Assembly (NCBI GenBank): GCA_035509435.1
Contig: DATJLR010000002.1
Coordinates: 5,774-69,773 of the forward strand
Reading direction: 5' to 3'
Source: Minisyncoccota bacterium
GTDB taxonomy: Bacteria; Patescibacteriota; Minisyncoccia; UBA6257; 2-01-FULL-56-20
DNA length: 64,000 nucleotides
Shown: positions 10,274-19,400 of the stretch, in pieces
Layout: every line of letters starts with the position of its first letter
Numbering within the stretch: position 1 is the stretch's first letter
Translations under genes and position numbers: made by a program
Notes under the pieces: model-generated
What the model was told of the DNA's origin: nothing
Database searches by the model: none
The model's input: only the letters and a program-made list of their open reading frames with translations

Positions 10274-10298
10274 AGCTCCCTTAGTGGGGCTGTTTTTG
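10274..10298 (+). terminator. Intrinsic terminator after gyrB-mazG
   Basis: agctcc-ccttagt-ggggct followed by T-rich tract. Confidence 0.6.
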
Positions 10299-10413
10299 TT
10301 TTAGATAGTTTTAATCGCCCTTTTGTTAGCCTGCTCTTGCCGGTGGGCATGGGCCTGAATGGGCCGCATTCTCGCAATTGGCGCAAATCCCATTTAACAT
10401 AGCTGGATTCGGC

Positions 10414-10444
10414 ATTCTGAAATCACAAATTGTGATTTCAGAAT
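10414..10444. repeat. Perfect 15-1-15 palindrome
   Basis: attctgaaatcacaa-a-ttgtgatttcagaat. Confidence 0.9.
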
Positions 10445-10541
10445 ACAGCAAAACTCGACGTCCTTTATGACGCACCCCTAATGGTCAGCGCTTAAGGTTG
10501 TTCTGGCCGGAGTTATTCTTAACAATAAAATTCGAATATGC

Positions 10542-11117
10542 ATGATCTATATCAACGAATGGTTCCCCAATCCGGTCGGCAATGACGCGGCGGGGGAGTT
10601 TGTGGAACTCTATAACAGCGGCACCGTCAGCGTGCCGCTTGCCGGCTATACATTGGGCGATGGCGCCAAGAAAAGATTCTCGCTTGACGGATACAGTATT
10701 CCGCCCGGCGGTTATCTATCGCTCACGCACGCCGAGGACAAGCTTACTTTGAAAAACACCGACGGGGCATTATTCTTATATGGACCTGACGGGCGGCTGG
10801 TGGATAATGCGGCCTTTGCGGGCGCCGCACCGGAGGGCAAGAGCTATTCGCGCGTGGATTACAGCGCGGCGGACATCGGGCACTTTGCGTTCACCTATCC
10901 CACGCCCGGCACAGCGAACCGTACGATCGATATGTCGGTCGCCACGCAAAGCTATCCGTTCGGCGTTCCGCTCACGCGGCCGGCCGGGATCGGGACGTTC
11001 GTGTTGCTCATGCTCGGCGTTGCGTCGTTCTTCCTCCTATTCTTCATCTATGTCGCATACCATAACCGAAACATATCGCACTTCCTCTTCGGCGGAGACG
11101 AAAAAATTGGGCCATGA
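10542..11117 (+). CDS. Lamin-tail-domain protein with C-terminal TM anchor
   Basis: IYINEWFPNP..D..GEFVELYN...L.GYTL...PTPG; hydrophobic C-terminal helix. Confidence 0.8.
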   Translation: MIYINEWFPNPVGNDAAGEFVELYNSGTVSVPLAGYTLGDGAKKRFSLDGYSIPPGGYLSLTHAEDKLTLKNTDGALFLYGPDGRLVDNAAFAGAAPEGKSYSRVDYSAADIGHFAFTYPTPGTANRTIDMSVATQSYPFGVPLTRPAGIGTFVLLMLGVASFFLLFFIYVAYHNRNISHFLFGGDEKIGP

Positions 11118-11535
11118 CATCGGCCGGTCGCTCGCGCGTGGCACCGCGGCGAAGATCCGCGAGAACGGGCCGTTCGTGATCGCGCTCCAGGGAGATCTCG
11201 GCGCGGGGAAAACGACCTTCGTACAGGGATTTTTGAAAGGGCTTGGCTCGAAGCGGCGCGCGGCGAGTCCGACGTTCGTTCTGATGCGGCGGCACAAGCT
11301 TGGCACCGGTCCTCGCGCAAAATTATTGGACGCGTATCACGTCGACGCATATCGTCTGAAGAAGCCGCGACACCTTTCCGTCCTTGGCTTCGAAAAGATA
11401 TTGAGCGAGCCGCGCAACGTGGTGCTCATCGAATGGCCTGAACAGGCAAAGAAATTATTGCCGAAGAGAACGATGTGGATCAGGTTCAAATATGGAAAAA
11501 CGGAGAATGAGCGTACAATTATCATTACGCGATGA
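11050..11535 (+). CDS. tsaE: tRNA t6A biosynthesis ATPase TsaE
   Basis: LQGDLGAGKTTFVQG, SPTFVL, HVDAYRL, LIEWPE; start chosen at ATG 11050. Confidence 0.92.
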   Translation: MSHTITETYRTSSSAETKKLGHDIGRSLARGTAAKIRENGPFVIALQGDLGAGKTTFVQGFLKGLGSKRRAASPTFVLMRRHKLGTGPRAKLLDAYHVDAYRLKKPRHLSVLGFEKILSEPRNVVLIEWPEQAKKLLPKRTMWIRFKYGKTENERTIIITR

Positions 11536-12473
11536 AAAAACTTTTATTAATCGACGCGAATTCCATCATTCACCGGTCGTTCCACGCCCTGCCGCCGTTC
11601 ACGACGCCGAGCGGTATGCCGTCGGGCGCGATCTACGGCATCGCAAGTATCCTGCTCAAGCTGTGGCGCGACGAGCGGCCGGATTACGCCGCCGCGCTCT
11701 TTGACCGGCCGGAGCCGACGTTCCGCGACGAGAAATATGCCGAGTACAAAGCCCAGCGGCCGCCCGCGGCGGACGAGCTTATCGCACAGATAATTGAGGC
11801 GCACAAGTTGTTCGACGCGTTCGGGATCCGCACGTTCGAAAAGCCCGGATATGAAGCCGATGACCTGATCGCCACGCTCGCGGAGAAGTTCAAGGCGACG
11901 CCCGATCTGCAGGTGGTGATTTTGACCGGCGACCGCGACACGCTCCAGCTCGTCACGGGAGACACGCTCGTCGTGCAGACATTCAACAAAGGCGTGAGCG
12001 ACACGACGATCTACAACGAGGCGGCGGTAAAGGAGAAGTACGGCCTCGCGCCGGACCAGCTGATCGATTACAAAGCACTCGTGGGCGACACGTCGGACAA
12101 CATCAAGGGTGTGCCGGGCGTAGGGCCGAAGACCGCGCTTGAGCTCATCAAAAAATATGGCACGGTAAAGAAGATGTACGAGCGGATCGGCGAAGATCCC
12201 AAACTCGAGGCAAAGTTCGGCGCGTTCAAGAAGGAAGCCGAGCTTTCGGAGATGCTCGTGACGCTCGAACGCCATGCGCCTATCGACATCCCGCCGCTTG
12301 CGGAGCTTGCGCCCGCAAGCGATACGGCGGGGGCCGCGGCATACTTTGAAAAGATGGGCTTTGCGACCCTCCTTAAGCGGCTCATCATGCCCGGCGCTGA
12401 CGAGAAGCGGGAGCCGCGGGCGAAGCCCAAGCCAAAAAATGCGCCGGCCGACAATCAGGCGTCGCTCTTTTAG
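11532..12473 (+). CDS. Stand-alone 5'-3' exonuclease/flap endonuclease (PolA N-terminal domain only)
   Basis: LLIDANS..HRSFHA, YKAQR, YEADDLIATL, TGDRD, ALVGDTSDNIKGVPGVGPKTA; no polymerase domain follows. Confidence 0.9.
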   Translation: MKKLLLIDANSIIHRSFHALPPFTTPSGMPSGAIYGIASILLKLWRDERPDYAAALFDRPEPTFRDEKYAEYKAQRPPAADELIAQIIEAHKLFDAFGIRTFEKPGYEADDLIATLAEKFKATPDLQVVILTGDRDTLQLVTGDTLVVQTFNKGVSDTTIYNEAAVKEKYGLAPDQLIDYKALVGDTSDNIKGVPGVGPKTALELIKKYGTVKKMYERIGEDPKLEAKFGAFKKEAELSEMLVTLERHAPIDIPPLAELAPASDTAGAAAYFEKMGFATLLKRLIMPGADEKREPRAKPKPKNAPADNQASLF

Positions 12474-12510
12474 AGCCGTTATCGCGCCCAAGATGCTATA
12501 ATAGAGGATA

Positions 12511-13845
12511 TTGAAGAACCAAACCTCCAAAATCACGGACGTCATCAAATGGCCTGAGTTTCAGGCAGTTTGGGGTGTGCTCGCGATCGTCATCGTTCTT
12601 ATCCTCGTCGGTGCTTTTGGCCATGGTGCGTGGGTATCGTACGCCGAAGCGGCACTTCTGTTCGGTGCGTTCGCGCTCTCCGCGGGCGCGATCTATATAG
12701 GCGCCAAGCTTGATCGCGACACCACGATCGAGCGCAGCGAGCTCAAAAGCATCCTTGCCAGCCTGAACGACGCGCTCATCGTATATGAGGCGGACTTTCG
12801 CGTGGTTTTCTTCAATCCCGCAGCCGAGCGCATCTTTAAGCTGGATGCGAAGGCGGTGCTGGGTCACGTGTTCTCTCCGCGCGACGTGGAGAGCGAAGGG
12901 TGGCGCACGCTCACGCAGATCGTGTTCCCTTCGCTCGCGCCGCGCGTTGTCGCGCACAGCAAGCAGGGCGAATATCCGCAGGTGGTGGACATCTCGTTCA
13001 CCGATCCGCCGCAGGAATTCCGCGTGACGACCGCGCCGGTGGGCGACGATCCCGCGCGGCCGCTCGCGTTCATGAAGATCGTGCGCGACCGGACGTCGCA
13101 GGTGCTCGCGCTCCGCTCCAAGAGCGAGTTCGTGACCGTCGCGTCGCACCAGCTGCGCGGGCCGGTGACGGACATCAACTGGGCGCTCCAGTCGCTGAAC
13201 AGCGCCGAAGGGTTGGACGAGACGAACAAAGCGATCGTCACGAACGCGCTCGCGGCAAGCCAGAGCCTGTTGCAGCGCATCGAGGACCTTCTGAACATCG
13301 CCAAGATGGAAGACGGCCAGTTCGGCTACAAGTTCGAGGATTCCGACGTCACAGAATTTGTCGCGAAGGTTTTGGCGGACGTTTTGCCCGCCGCGCAGAA
13401 GGCCGGGATCAAGCTCTATTTCGACCGCCCCGCGGATGTGCTGCCTCATGTGATCATAGACGCCGCGCGTCTTTCCCTTGCGCTCACCAACCTTCTTGAG
13501 AACGCCATCCGCTACAACGTGGAGAACGGCGAAGTGACGGTCAAGGTGGACAAGATGCAGGACAAGCCGTTCGTCGTCGTGAGCGTGAAAGACACGGGCA
13601 TCGGCATCCCGGCGGAATCCATCGAAAAGCTGTTCAACAAGTTCTATCGCGCCGACAACGCGATCAAGCGCGAGACGGAGGGCTCCGGCCTCGGCCTCTA
13701 CATCGCAAAAGGCATCGTGAACGCGCATGGCGGCCAGATCTGGGCCGAGTCGGAGCTGAACCGCGGCACCACCATCTCCTTCGCGCTTCCCACCGACCCC
13801 AATCTCGTCCCCAAAATGGAGATCGGCGCGGAGGAGTTGGTGTAG
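12511..13845 (+). CDS. Membrane PAS-domain sensor histidine kinase
   Basis: 2 TM, PAS (FNPAAE), H-box ASHQLRGP, NLLENAIRY, DTGIGI, GSGLGL. Confidence 0.9.
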   Translation: MKNQTSKITDVIKWPEFQAVWGVLAIVIVLILVGAFGHGAWVSYAEAALLFGAFALSAGAIYIGAKLDRDTTIERSELKSILASLNDALIVYEADFRVVFFNPAAERIFKLDAKAVLGHVFSPRDVESEGWRTLTQIVFPSLAPRVVAHSKQGEYPQVVDISFTDPPQEFRVTTAPVGDDPARPLAFMKIVRDRTSQVLALRSKSEFVTVASHQLRGPVTDINWALQSLNSAEGLDETNKAIVTNALAASQSLLQRIEDLLNIAKMEDGQFGYKFEDSDVTEFVAKVLADVLPAAQKAGIKLYFDRPADVLPHVIIDAARLSLALTNLLENAIRYNVENGEVTVKVDKMQDKPFVVVSVKDTGIGIPAESIEKLFNKFYRADNAIKRETEGSGLGLYIAKGIVNAHGGQIWAESELNRGTTISFALPTDPNLVPKMEIGAEELV

Positions 13846-13939
13846 AGACGGCGATTTTCCCAGAAATATACGCGCCTTTTTGGTTTTTATACACATGCCT
13901 TTGCCCCTGATTCTTTTTTCGTGTACACTTGTATACGAA

Positions 13940-15631
13940 ATGACGCCGTCGAAACCCAAGCCCCATCACAAATACGTTTTCATAGTCGGAGGAGTAATGT
14001 CGGGAGTCGGCAAGGGCGTCGCATCTTCATCGATCGGAAAAATTTTGCAGTCCCGCGGCCTGGAAGTGACGTCCATCAAGATCGATCCCTACGTGAACGT
14101 CGACGCGGGGACCATGAACCCCACCGAACACGGTGAGGTTTTTGTTTTGGACGACGGAACCGAGTGCGATCAGGACATGGGCAACTATGAGCGCTTCCTC
14201 GACCGCGACCTTTCCGGCGCGAACTACATGACGACGGGCAGCATCTATAAAACGGTCATCGAGCGCGAGCGGAGCATGGGCTACGGGGGCCGTTCGGTGA
14301 GCGTCGTGCCCCATATCCCGCTCGAAGTGATGGGGCGCATCGACCGCGCGGCGGAATTGGCGAAGGCGGACATCGTGATCACCGAGATCGGCGGCACTGC
14401 CGGCGAGTATGAGAACATTCTGTTCCTTGAAGCCATCCGCATGGCGAAGATCAAACATCCCAAGGACGTCATCCTGATCCTCGTCAGCCACTTGCCGATC
14501 ATGAGCGACGACAACGAGCTGAAGACGAAGCCGACCCAGCACGCGGTGCGCGCGCTGAACGCCACCGGCCTCCAGCCGGACATCATCCTCGCGCGCGCGA
14601 AGTACCCGCTCGACGAGAAGCGCAAGGAAAAGATCGCGTTCAACTGCAACGTGCGCGAGGAGGACGTGATCTCCGCGCCGGACGTGTCGAGCATCTATGA
14701 CATCCCGATCAATTTTGAGAAGGACGAGATCGGCAATCTGATATTGGAGAAGCTTTCCATGCGCCCGCGCGCGAAGGACATGAAAGAGTGGCGCGCGTTC
14801 GCCGCGAAGATACACAACGCGAAGGATGTGGTGCGCATCGGCATCGTCGGGAAATATTTTTCGAGCGGAAAATTCATTTTGGCGGATTCGTACCTTTCCG
14901 TCATTGAATCTATCAAGCACAGCGCCGCGTTCTGGGGCGTGAGGCCGGAGATCAAGTGGCTCGACTCGGGCCAGTTCGAGCCGGTAAAGGACGGCGGCCG
15001 CGGGCCGGAAGGATTGAAGGAGCTGGATAGCTTTGACGGCATCATCGTGCCCGGCGGCTTCGGCTCGCGCGGCGTGGAGGGCAAGCTGGCGGCCATCCGG
15101 TACTGCCGGGAGCAAAAGATCCCGTATTTTGGGCTTTGCTACGGCATGCAGCTGGCCACGGTGGAATTCGCTCGTGACGTGCTCAAGATGAAGGGCGCCA
15201 ATACCACCGAAGTGGATCCCAAAACGAAATACCCGGTCATCGACATTTTGCCGGAGCAGAAGAAGCTGATGGCGGAGAAGAAGTATGGTGCGACGATGCG
15301 GCTCGGCGCGTATCCGGCCGTGCTCAAAAAGGGGACGATCGCAGAGCGCGCGTACGGCAAGACGAACATCTCCGAGCGGCACAGGCATCGCTTCGAGGTG
15401 AACCCGGTGTACGTGAAGCGGCTTGAGCGCGGAGGCCTGATCTTTTCCGGCGTTTCGCCATCGCGCCGCTTGATGGAAGTCGCCGAACTCCCGCGCAGCG
15501 TCCATCCGTTCTTCCTCGGCACGCAGTTCCACCCGGAATTGAAGTCGCGCCCGCTGCGCCCGCATCCGCTGTTCAAGGAATTCATGAAGGCGGCGAAGGC
15601 GCGCCGCGAATCGGAGCATCTCGTTGCATGA
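13940..15631 (+). CDS. pyrG: CTP synthase
   Basis: GGVMSGVGKG, DPYVNVDAGTMNP, KTKPTQH, GLCYGMQ, ERHRHRFE, TQFHPE. Confidence 0.97.
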   Translation: MTPSKPKPHHKYVFIVGGVMSGVGKGVASSSIGKILQSRGLEVTSIKIDPYVNVDAGTMNPTEHGEVFVLDDGTECDQDMGNYERFLDRDLSGANYMTTGSIYKTVIERERSMGYGGRSVSVVPHIPLEVMGRIDRAAELAKADIVITEIGGTAGEYENILFLEAIRMAKIKHPKDVILILVSHLPIMSDDNELKTKPTQHAVRALNATGLQPDIILARAKYPLDEKRKEKIAFNCNVREEDVISAPDVSSIYDIPINFEKDEIGNLILEKLSMRPRAKDMKEWRAFAAKIHNAKDVVRIGIVGKYFSSGKFILADSYLSVIESIKHSAAFWGVRPEIKWLDSGQFEPVKDGGRGPEGLKELDSFDGIIVPGGFGSRGVEGKLAAIRYCREQKIPYFGLCYGMQLATVEFARDVLKMKGANTTEVDPKTKYPVIDILPEQKKLMAEKKYGATMRLGAYPAVLKKGTIAERAYGKTNISERHRHRFEVNPVYVKRLERGGLIFSGVSPSRRLMEVAELPRSVHPFFLGTQFHPELKSRPLRPHPLFKEFMKAAKARRESEHLVA

Positions 15632-16416
15632 TCGTCTTTCTCTACGGGCCGGATGATTATCGCCGCTCCGAAAAGAAGCGGTCCATCATTGCGGAATTTT
15701 CAAAGAAGCGATCGGAAATCGGGCTCGGCGTTTTTGATCTTGAAGACAAGACCGCGCTCGAGAACCTCACACAGTTCTTGCGCACCCAATCGATTTTTGA
15801 GACCGCGAAACTTGCGGTTCTCGAGAACGCGTTCGAACTCGAAGCGCCGAAGCTCGCAAAGTTGCTGAAACCGTTCGTTGAAGAGAAAAATATCACGATC
15901 CTTATCGCCGGGAAGGACAAGCCGGTGAAGGCGCTCGCGTTCCTTCTCGAAAAGCCGACGATCTCGCAGAAGTTCGAGACGCTTGCCGGCGCGGAGCTCG
16001 CGGCGTGGATCGCGGGCGAGGCAAAGAAGAACGATGTGAAGCTGACGGCCGCCGCGGCTCAGTTCCTTGCGTCGGTGTATGGAGGCGACACGTGGGGAAT
16101 TGTGACGGAGCTGCAGAAGCTTGGCGGCTTCGGCGACGCTGGAAAGACGATCGACAGGAAAGACCTCAACGTGTTCGACCTCGAGGTCGCGCCGAACTAT
16201 TGGGGGCTGATGAACGGCCTTAAGAGCTTTGACATGCGGAACCGGCTGTATGCGTTCGAGACGATGCTCGCAGGCAACGATCCTCCGGCAAAGATATTCA
16301 ACATCCTGGCATCGCAGTGGCAAGAAAAAACCCCGCACATGGCGGAGTATGATCTGGCCGTAAAATCCGGGAAGGTGGACTACGAAGAGGCCTTGGTGGA
16401 CCTATTGATAAGCTGA
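15628..16416 (+). CDS. holA: DNA polymerase III delta subunit
   Basis: MIVFLYGPDDY start, ELQKL, C-terminal DLAVKSG..D.E.AL typical of HolA. Confidence 0.78.
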   Translation: MIVFLYGPDDYRRSEKKRSIIAEFSKKRSEIGLGVFDLEDKTALENLTQFLRTQSIFETAKLAVLENAFELEAPKLAKLLKPFVEEKNITILIAGKDKPVKALAFLLEKPTISQKFETLAGAELAAWIAGEAKKNDVKLTAAAAQFLASVYGGDTWGIVTELQKLGGFGDAGKTIDRKDLNVFDLEVAPNYWGLMNGLKSFDMRNRLYAFETMLAGNDPPAKIFNILASQWQEKTPHMAEYDLAVKSGKVDYEEALVDLLIS

Positions 16417-16655
16417 GACAGGCGGGATTTGAGGCGGCTGGCCTTATTCTTTTCGATGACCTTGGTCTTGGCTGCCTTGTCGAGCGCCTTGAAGACCGCG
16501 GGGAGCGCCTTTGCGGCGTCCTCGAACTTCTTTGCCACGACGAGTTTGCGGAAGCCCGTGACCTGCGCCTTATAAGCGTCCTTCCGGACGACATTGCGTG
16601 CGCGCCGGGTCTTGTTCTGGCGGAGCGCCTTCTTGGCTGACTGTGTTATCGGCAT
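16380..16655 (-). CDS. rpsT: 30S ribosomal protein S20
   Basis: MPITQSAKKALRQ...LDKAAK..VI.KNKASRLKSRL. Confidence 0.95.
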   Translation of the reverse strand: MPITQSAKKALRQNKTRRARNVVRKDAYKAQVTGFRKLVVAKKFEDAAKALPAVFKALDKAAKTKVIEKNKASRLKSRLSQLINRSTKASS

Positions 16656-16746
16656 GGGGATTAGTATAGCGTAGGGCTGGATTTTTGCAAGCACGGCCTT
16701 TTTGCTTTTAATATCCTCTTAATCCCAATTGCGTATTGTGGGATGG

Positions 16747-17145
16747 ATGGAGGATTCTATAAAAAAGAAAATCGACGTTTGTATTGAAGAATTTTTTCTG
16801 ATGGAAAGGGGAGAAAAAATATGGAATGCTAAGGGTGAGATGTTATTGGCAAAATATGTATGCGTCAGAAGGATGGGACTGAAACATATTATAGAATCCC
16901 GCAAAGAAGATGGCTGTTCCGTGGAAGAAATAAAAGATATGGTAGAGCGTGCTGTGGAAACAATGCTCTACCCAGAGCTTGATATCGGCAACACCAATGG
17001 CAAATATCCGAATAGTCGAATTGTCGGAAGGGCATATCCGCACGAGCGCCGTGCCCTTTTGGTCGTCTATCAGCTCAACAATGAAATAAAAATCGTGTAT
17101 AACCTATTTTATCGTGAGTTAGGAAGATTCGAAAAAATGAAATGA
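16747..17145 (+). CDS. Hypothetical protein, putative BECR/PBECR (RelE/barnase-like) RNase
   Basis: AT-rich 132 aa ORF; GLKHIIESR helix, TMLYPE turn, then three beta-strand-like segments (RIVGRAY, ALLVVYQL, IKIVYNLFY); fold assignment is by pattern only. Confidence 0.5.
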   Translation: MEDSIKKKIDVCIEEFFLMERGEKIWNAKGEMLLAKYVCVRRMGLKHIIESRKEDGCSVEEIKDMVERAVETMLYPELDIGNTNGKYPNSRIVGRAYPHERRALLVVYQLNNEIKIVYNLFYRELGRFEKMK

Positions 17146-17246
17146 ACTTGTCTTTGCGCTGGGAGGGCGGCAGTTCCTCCATCGATCATCCCTTACGGGA
17201 AGTCCGCAGCGAGCGCCTTTCTGCCGTCAGCGCAAAGATAAGTTCA
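17143..17246 (-). ncRNA. Candidate structured RNA, copy A
   Basis: 19-bp closing stem (17143-17161 with 17228-17246) around a core shared with copy B. Confidence 0.7.
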
Positions 17247-17249
17247 CTT

Positions 17250-17375
17250 TAACCCATAGTTTTGTATCCGGAGGGGCGGCGCCGACTTTCGTCAGATTCC
17301 CTCATCGAAAACGCATCGTTCGATGCGCCCCCGCAGTGGACGCCTTTCTGCCGTCAGATACAAAGCTATGGGTTA
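17250..17375 (-). ncRNA. Candidate structured RNA, copy B
   Basis: 21-bp closing stem (17250-17270 with 17355-17375) of different sequence from copy A; same core with compensatory changes. Confidence 0.7.
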
Positions 17376-17384
17376 TCTATATTC

Positions 17385-17413
17385 AATCTACCGCCGCAGT
17401 GTTCTACCGTCAA
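17385..17413 (-). promoter_or_regulatory. sigma70-like promoter pointing into the tandem RNAs
   Basis: Minus strand TTGACG-17 nt-TAGATT; predicted TSS near 17378, next to the start of copy B. Confidence 0.65.
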
Positions 17414-17460
17414 ATTCTATTTAATGTATTTTTAATCTCCACTTACGCTATAATGAAGCC

Positions 17461-18045
17461 ATGATATACAGCGTTGAAGGCAAGCTGGCGCTCAAAGAAA
17501 GCGGCTTTGCGGTGGTGACGGCCGGCGGCATCGGCGTGAAGCTCTTTGCGAGCCGGCTCACGCTGGAGGGTCTTCCGGCGGTGGGCGCGGACATCAAGTT
17601 CTTTTGCCATCTTCACGTGCGCGAGGACGCGCTCGACCTTTTCGGCTTCACATCGCCGGACGAGCTGCAATTCTTTGAGATGCTGATCTCCGTCTCGGGC
17701 GTTGGCCCGCGCTCGGCGCTCGCGATCCTCGACACCGGGCCGCTTGAGGAGCTTTCCGCCGCCATCAAAGAGAACCGGCCGGACCTCCTGACCCGCGCCG
17801 CGGGCATCGGGCGCAAGACCGCGGAGCGCGTGATCGTTGAGCTCAAGACGAAAGTGCAGTCCGCGAAGAGCGGTGCGATGGTGGACAAGATGCAGACCGA
17901 CTCCGATCTTGTGGAGGCGCTCACGGGCCTCGGCTATCGCCGCGACGAGGCGCGCGCCGCGCTCGCGAAGGTCGGCAAGGATGTGGAGGGGACGGAAGCG
18001 CGCCTGCGCGCGGCGCTCGCCGTCCTTGCGAACAAACAGAAATAA
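17461..18045 (+). CDS. ruvA: Holliday junction branch migration protein RuvA
   Basis: HLHVRED..DLFGF, LISVSGVGPRSA, GIGRKTAERVIVELK, EALTGLGY. Confidence 0.96.
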   Translation: MIYSVEGKLALKESGFAVVTAGGIGVKLFASRLTLEGLPAVGADIKFFCHLHVREDALDLFGFTSPDELQFFEMLISVSGVGPRSALAILDTGPLEELSAAIKENRPDLLTRAAGIGRKTAERVIVELKTKVQSAKSGAMVDKMQTDSDLVEALTGLGYRRDEARAALAKVGKDVEGTEARLRAALAVLANKQK

Positions 18046-18046
18046 C

Positions 18047-19336
18047 ATGGAAGCCACCGGCCGCTCGCGCATCGGAAAGTTCTTTCACGATTTCAACGGG
18101 CCCCGTTCCGTATACCATTTTTTGTGGGCATGGACCGGCGCGCATCTGCACCGGCATCCGAGCGAGAAACTTTTTGTGATCGGCATCACCGGCACAAAAG
18201 GGAAGACGACGACGGTGGAGCTCGTGAACGCGATTCTCGAGGCGGCAGGGAAGCGTACGGCGCTCATCTCGTCGTTGCGGGTGAAGGTGGGCGACGAGAG
18301 CAAAAAGAACGCCGTCGGCAATTCCATGCCGGGACACGATTATCTGCAGCGGTTCCTGCGCCGCGCCACGCGCGCCCATTGCAATTACGCGATCGTGGAG
18401 GTGACATCGCAGGGCGTCGTCCAGCACCGGCACCGTTTCATTCACTGGAACATGGGCGTGCTTACCAACCTTTCGCCGGAGCATATCGAATCGCACGGTT
18501 CCTTCGAGAACTACCGGGAGGCAAAGCTGGATTTTTTGAAGTACGTGGTGGAGGAAGGCGGAAAAGTGTTTTTGAACCGCGACGACAAGAACTTCGATTT
18601 CTTCATGGAGGCGCTTGCCGAGAGCGACCCGATCACGTTTTCAAAGGACGATGAGTTTTTCCATGATTCCCTGCCGCATATCCGCACCACAAAGATGCGC
18701 AGCAGCGGCGAAGCGCCGCATTTCCTGATGAGTCCCTTCAATGAGGAGAACATCGCCGTTGCGGTGGCGATCGCAAAGGAGCTCGGTATCGCGAACAAGT
18801 TCATCGATCAGGCGATCATGGGCTTCGAAGGGGTGCAGGGACGGATGGAGTACGTGCACGTCGGCGATTATACGGCGATCGTGGATTACGCGCATACGCC
18901 GGAATCCCTCGAGGCGGCATACATCGCCGCGAAACCGAAGCCCACGCGCGAGTTTCCCCACCCCCGCCTGATCTGTGTGCTTGGCGCCGCGGGTGGCGGC
19001 CGGGACACGTGGAAGCGTCCGGCGTTCGGCACGATCGCCGCGGACCATTGTGATGAGATCATCATCACGAACGAGGACCCGTACGACGAGGATCCTGTGG
19101 AGATCATCAACGAGATTGAGGCGGGGATCCCGCAGCCGTTGCGCGAAGACCAACACGTATACAAGATCCTGGACCGCACCACGGCGATCAAAAAAGCGGT
19201 CGCGCTCGCCGAACCCGGCGATGTCGTGATCGGCACCGGCAAGGGAAGCGAGGATTGGATCCACATAGAAGATGGCCGGAAGATCCCGTGGAACGAACGC
19301 GAAGCATTCGAGGCTGCGCTCAAGGCAAAGAAATAG
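18047..19336 (+). CDS. murE: Mur ligase, MurE-like
   Basis: IGITGTKGKTTT, EVTSQG, TNLSPEHIESH, GRME, VDYAHTPESL, GGGRD.WKRP, GKGSE. Confidence 0.88.
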   Translation: MEATGRSRIGKFFHDFNGPRSVYHFLWAWTGAHLHRHPSEKLFVIGITGTKGKTTTVELVNAILEAAGKRTALISSLRVKVGDESKKNAVGNSMPGHDYLQRFLRRATRAHCNYAIVEVTSQGVVQHRHRFIHWNMGVLTNLSPEHIESHGSFENYREAKLDFLKYVVEEGGKVFLNRDDKNFDFFMEALAESDPITFSKDDEFFHDSLPHIRTTKMRSSGEAPHFLMSPFNEENIAVAVAIAKELGIANKFIDQAIMGFEGVQGRMEYVHVGDYTAIVDYAHTPESLEAAYIAAKPKPTREFPHPRLICVLGAAGGGRDTWKRPAFGTIAADHCDEIIITNEDPYDEDPVEIINEIEAGIPQPLREDQHVYKILDRTTAIKKAVALAEPGDVVIGTGKGSEDWIHIEDGRKIPWNEREAFEAALKAKK

Positions 19337-19400
19337 CACCAAATAAAAAAAGACGGCCTGCTCGTGAAAGGGAGCAGGCCGGGAGGCCAGTTACGCAACT

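Noticed and set aside
16380-16416. Convergent 3' overlaps (holA/rpsT; also PLD/DedA at 38841-38881)
   Set aside because: Short tail-to-tail overlaps are common in compact genomes.
17143-17375. Tandem units as a CRISPR array, retron msr-msd or plain terminators
   Set aside because: Only two units, with a conserved interior and variable flanks; no cas or reverse transcriptase gene in the window; no U-tracts, and the core is too complex for a terminator.
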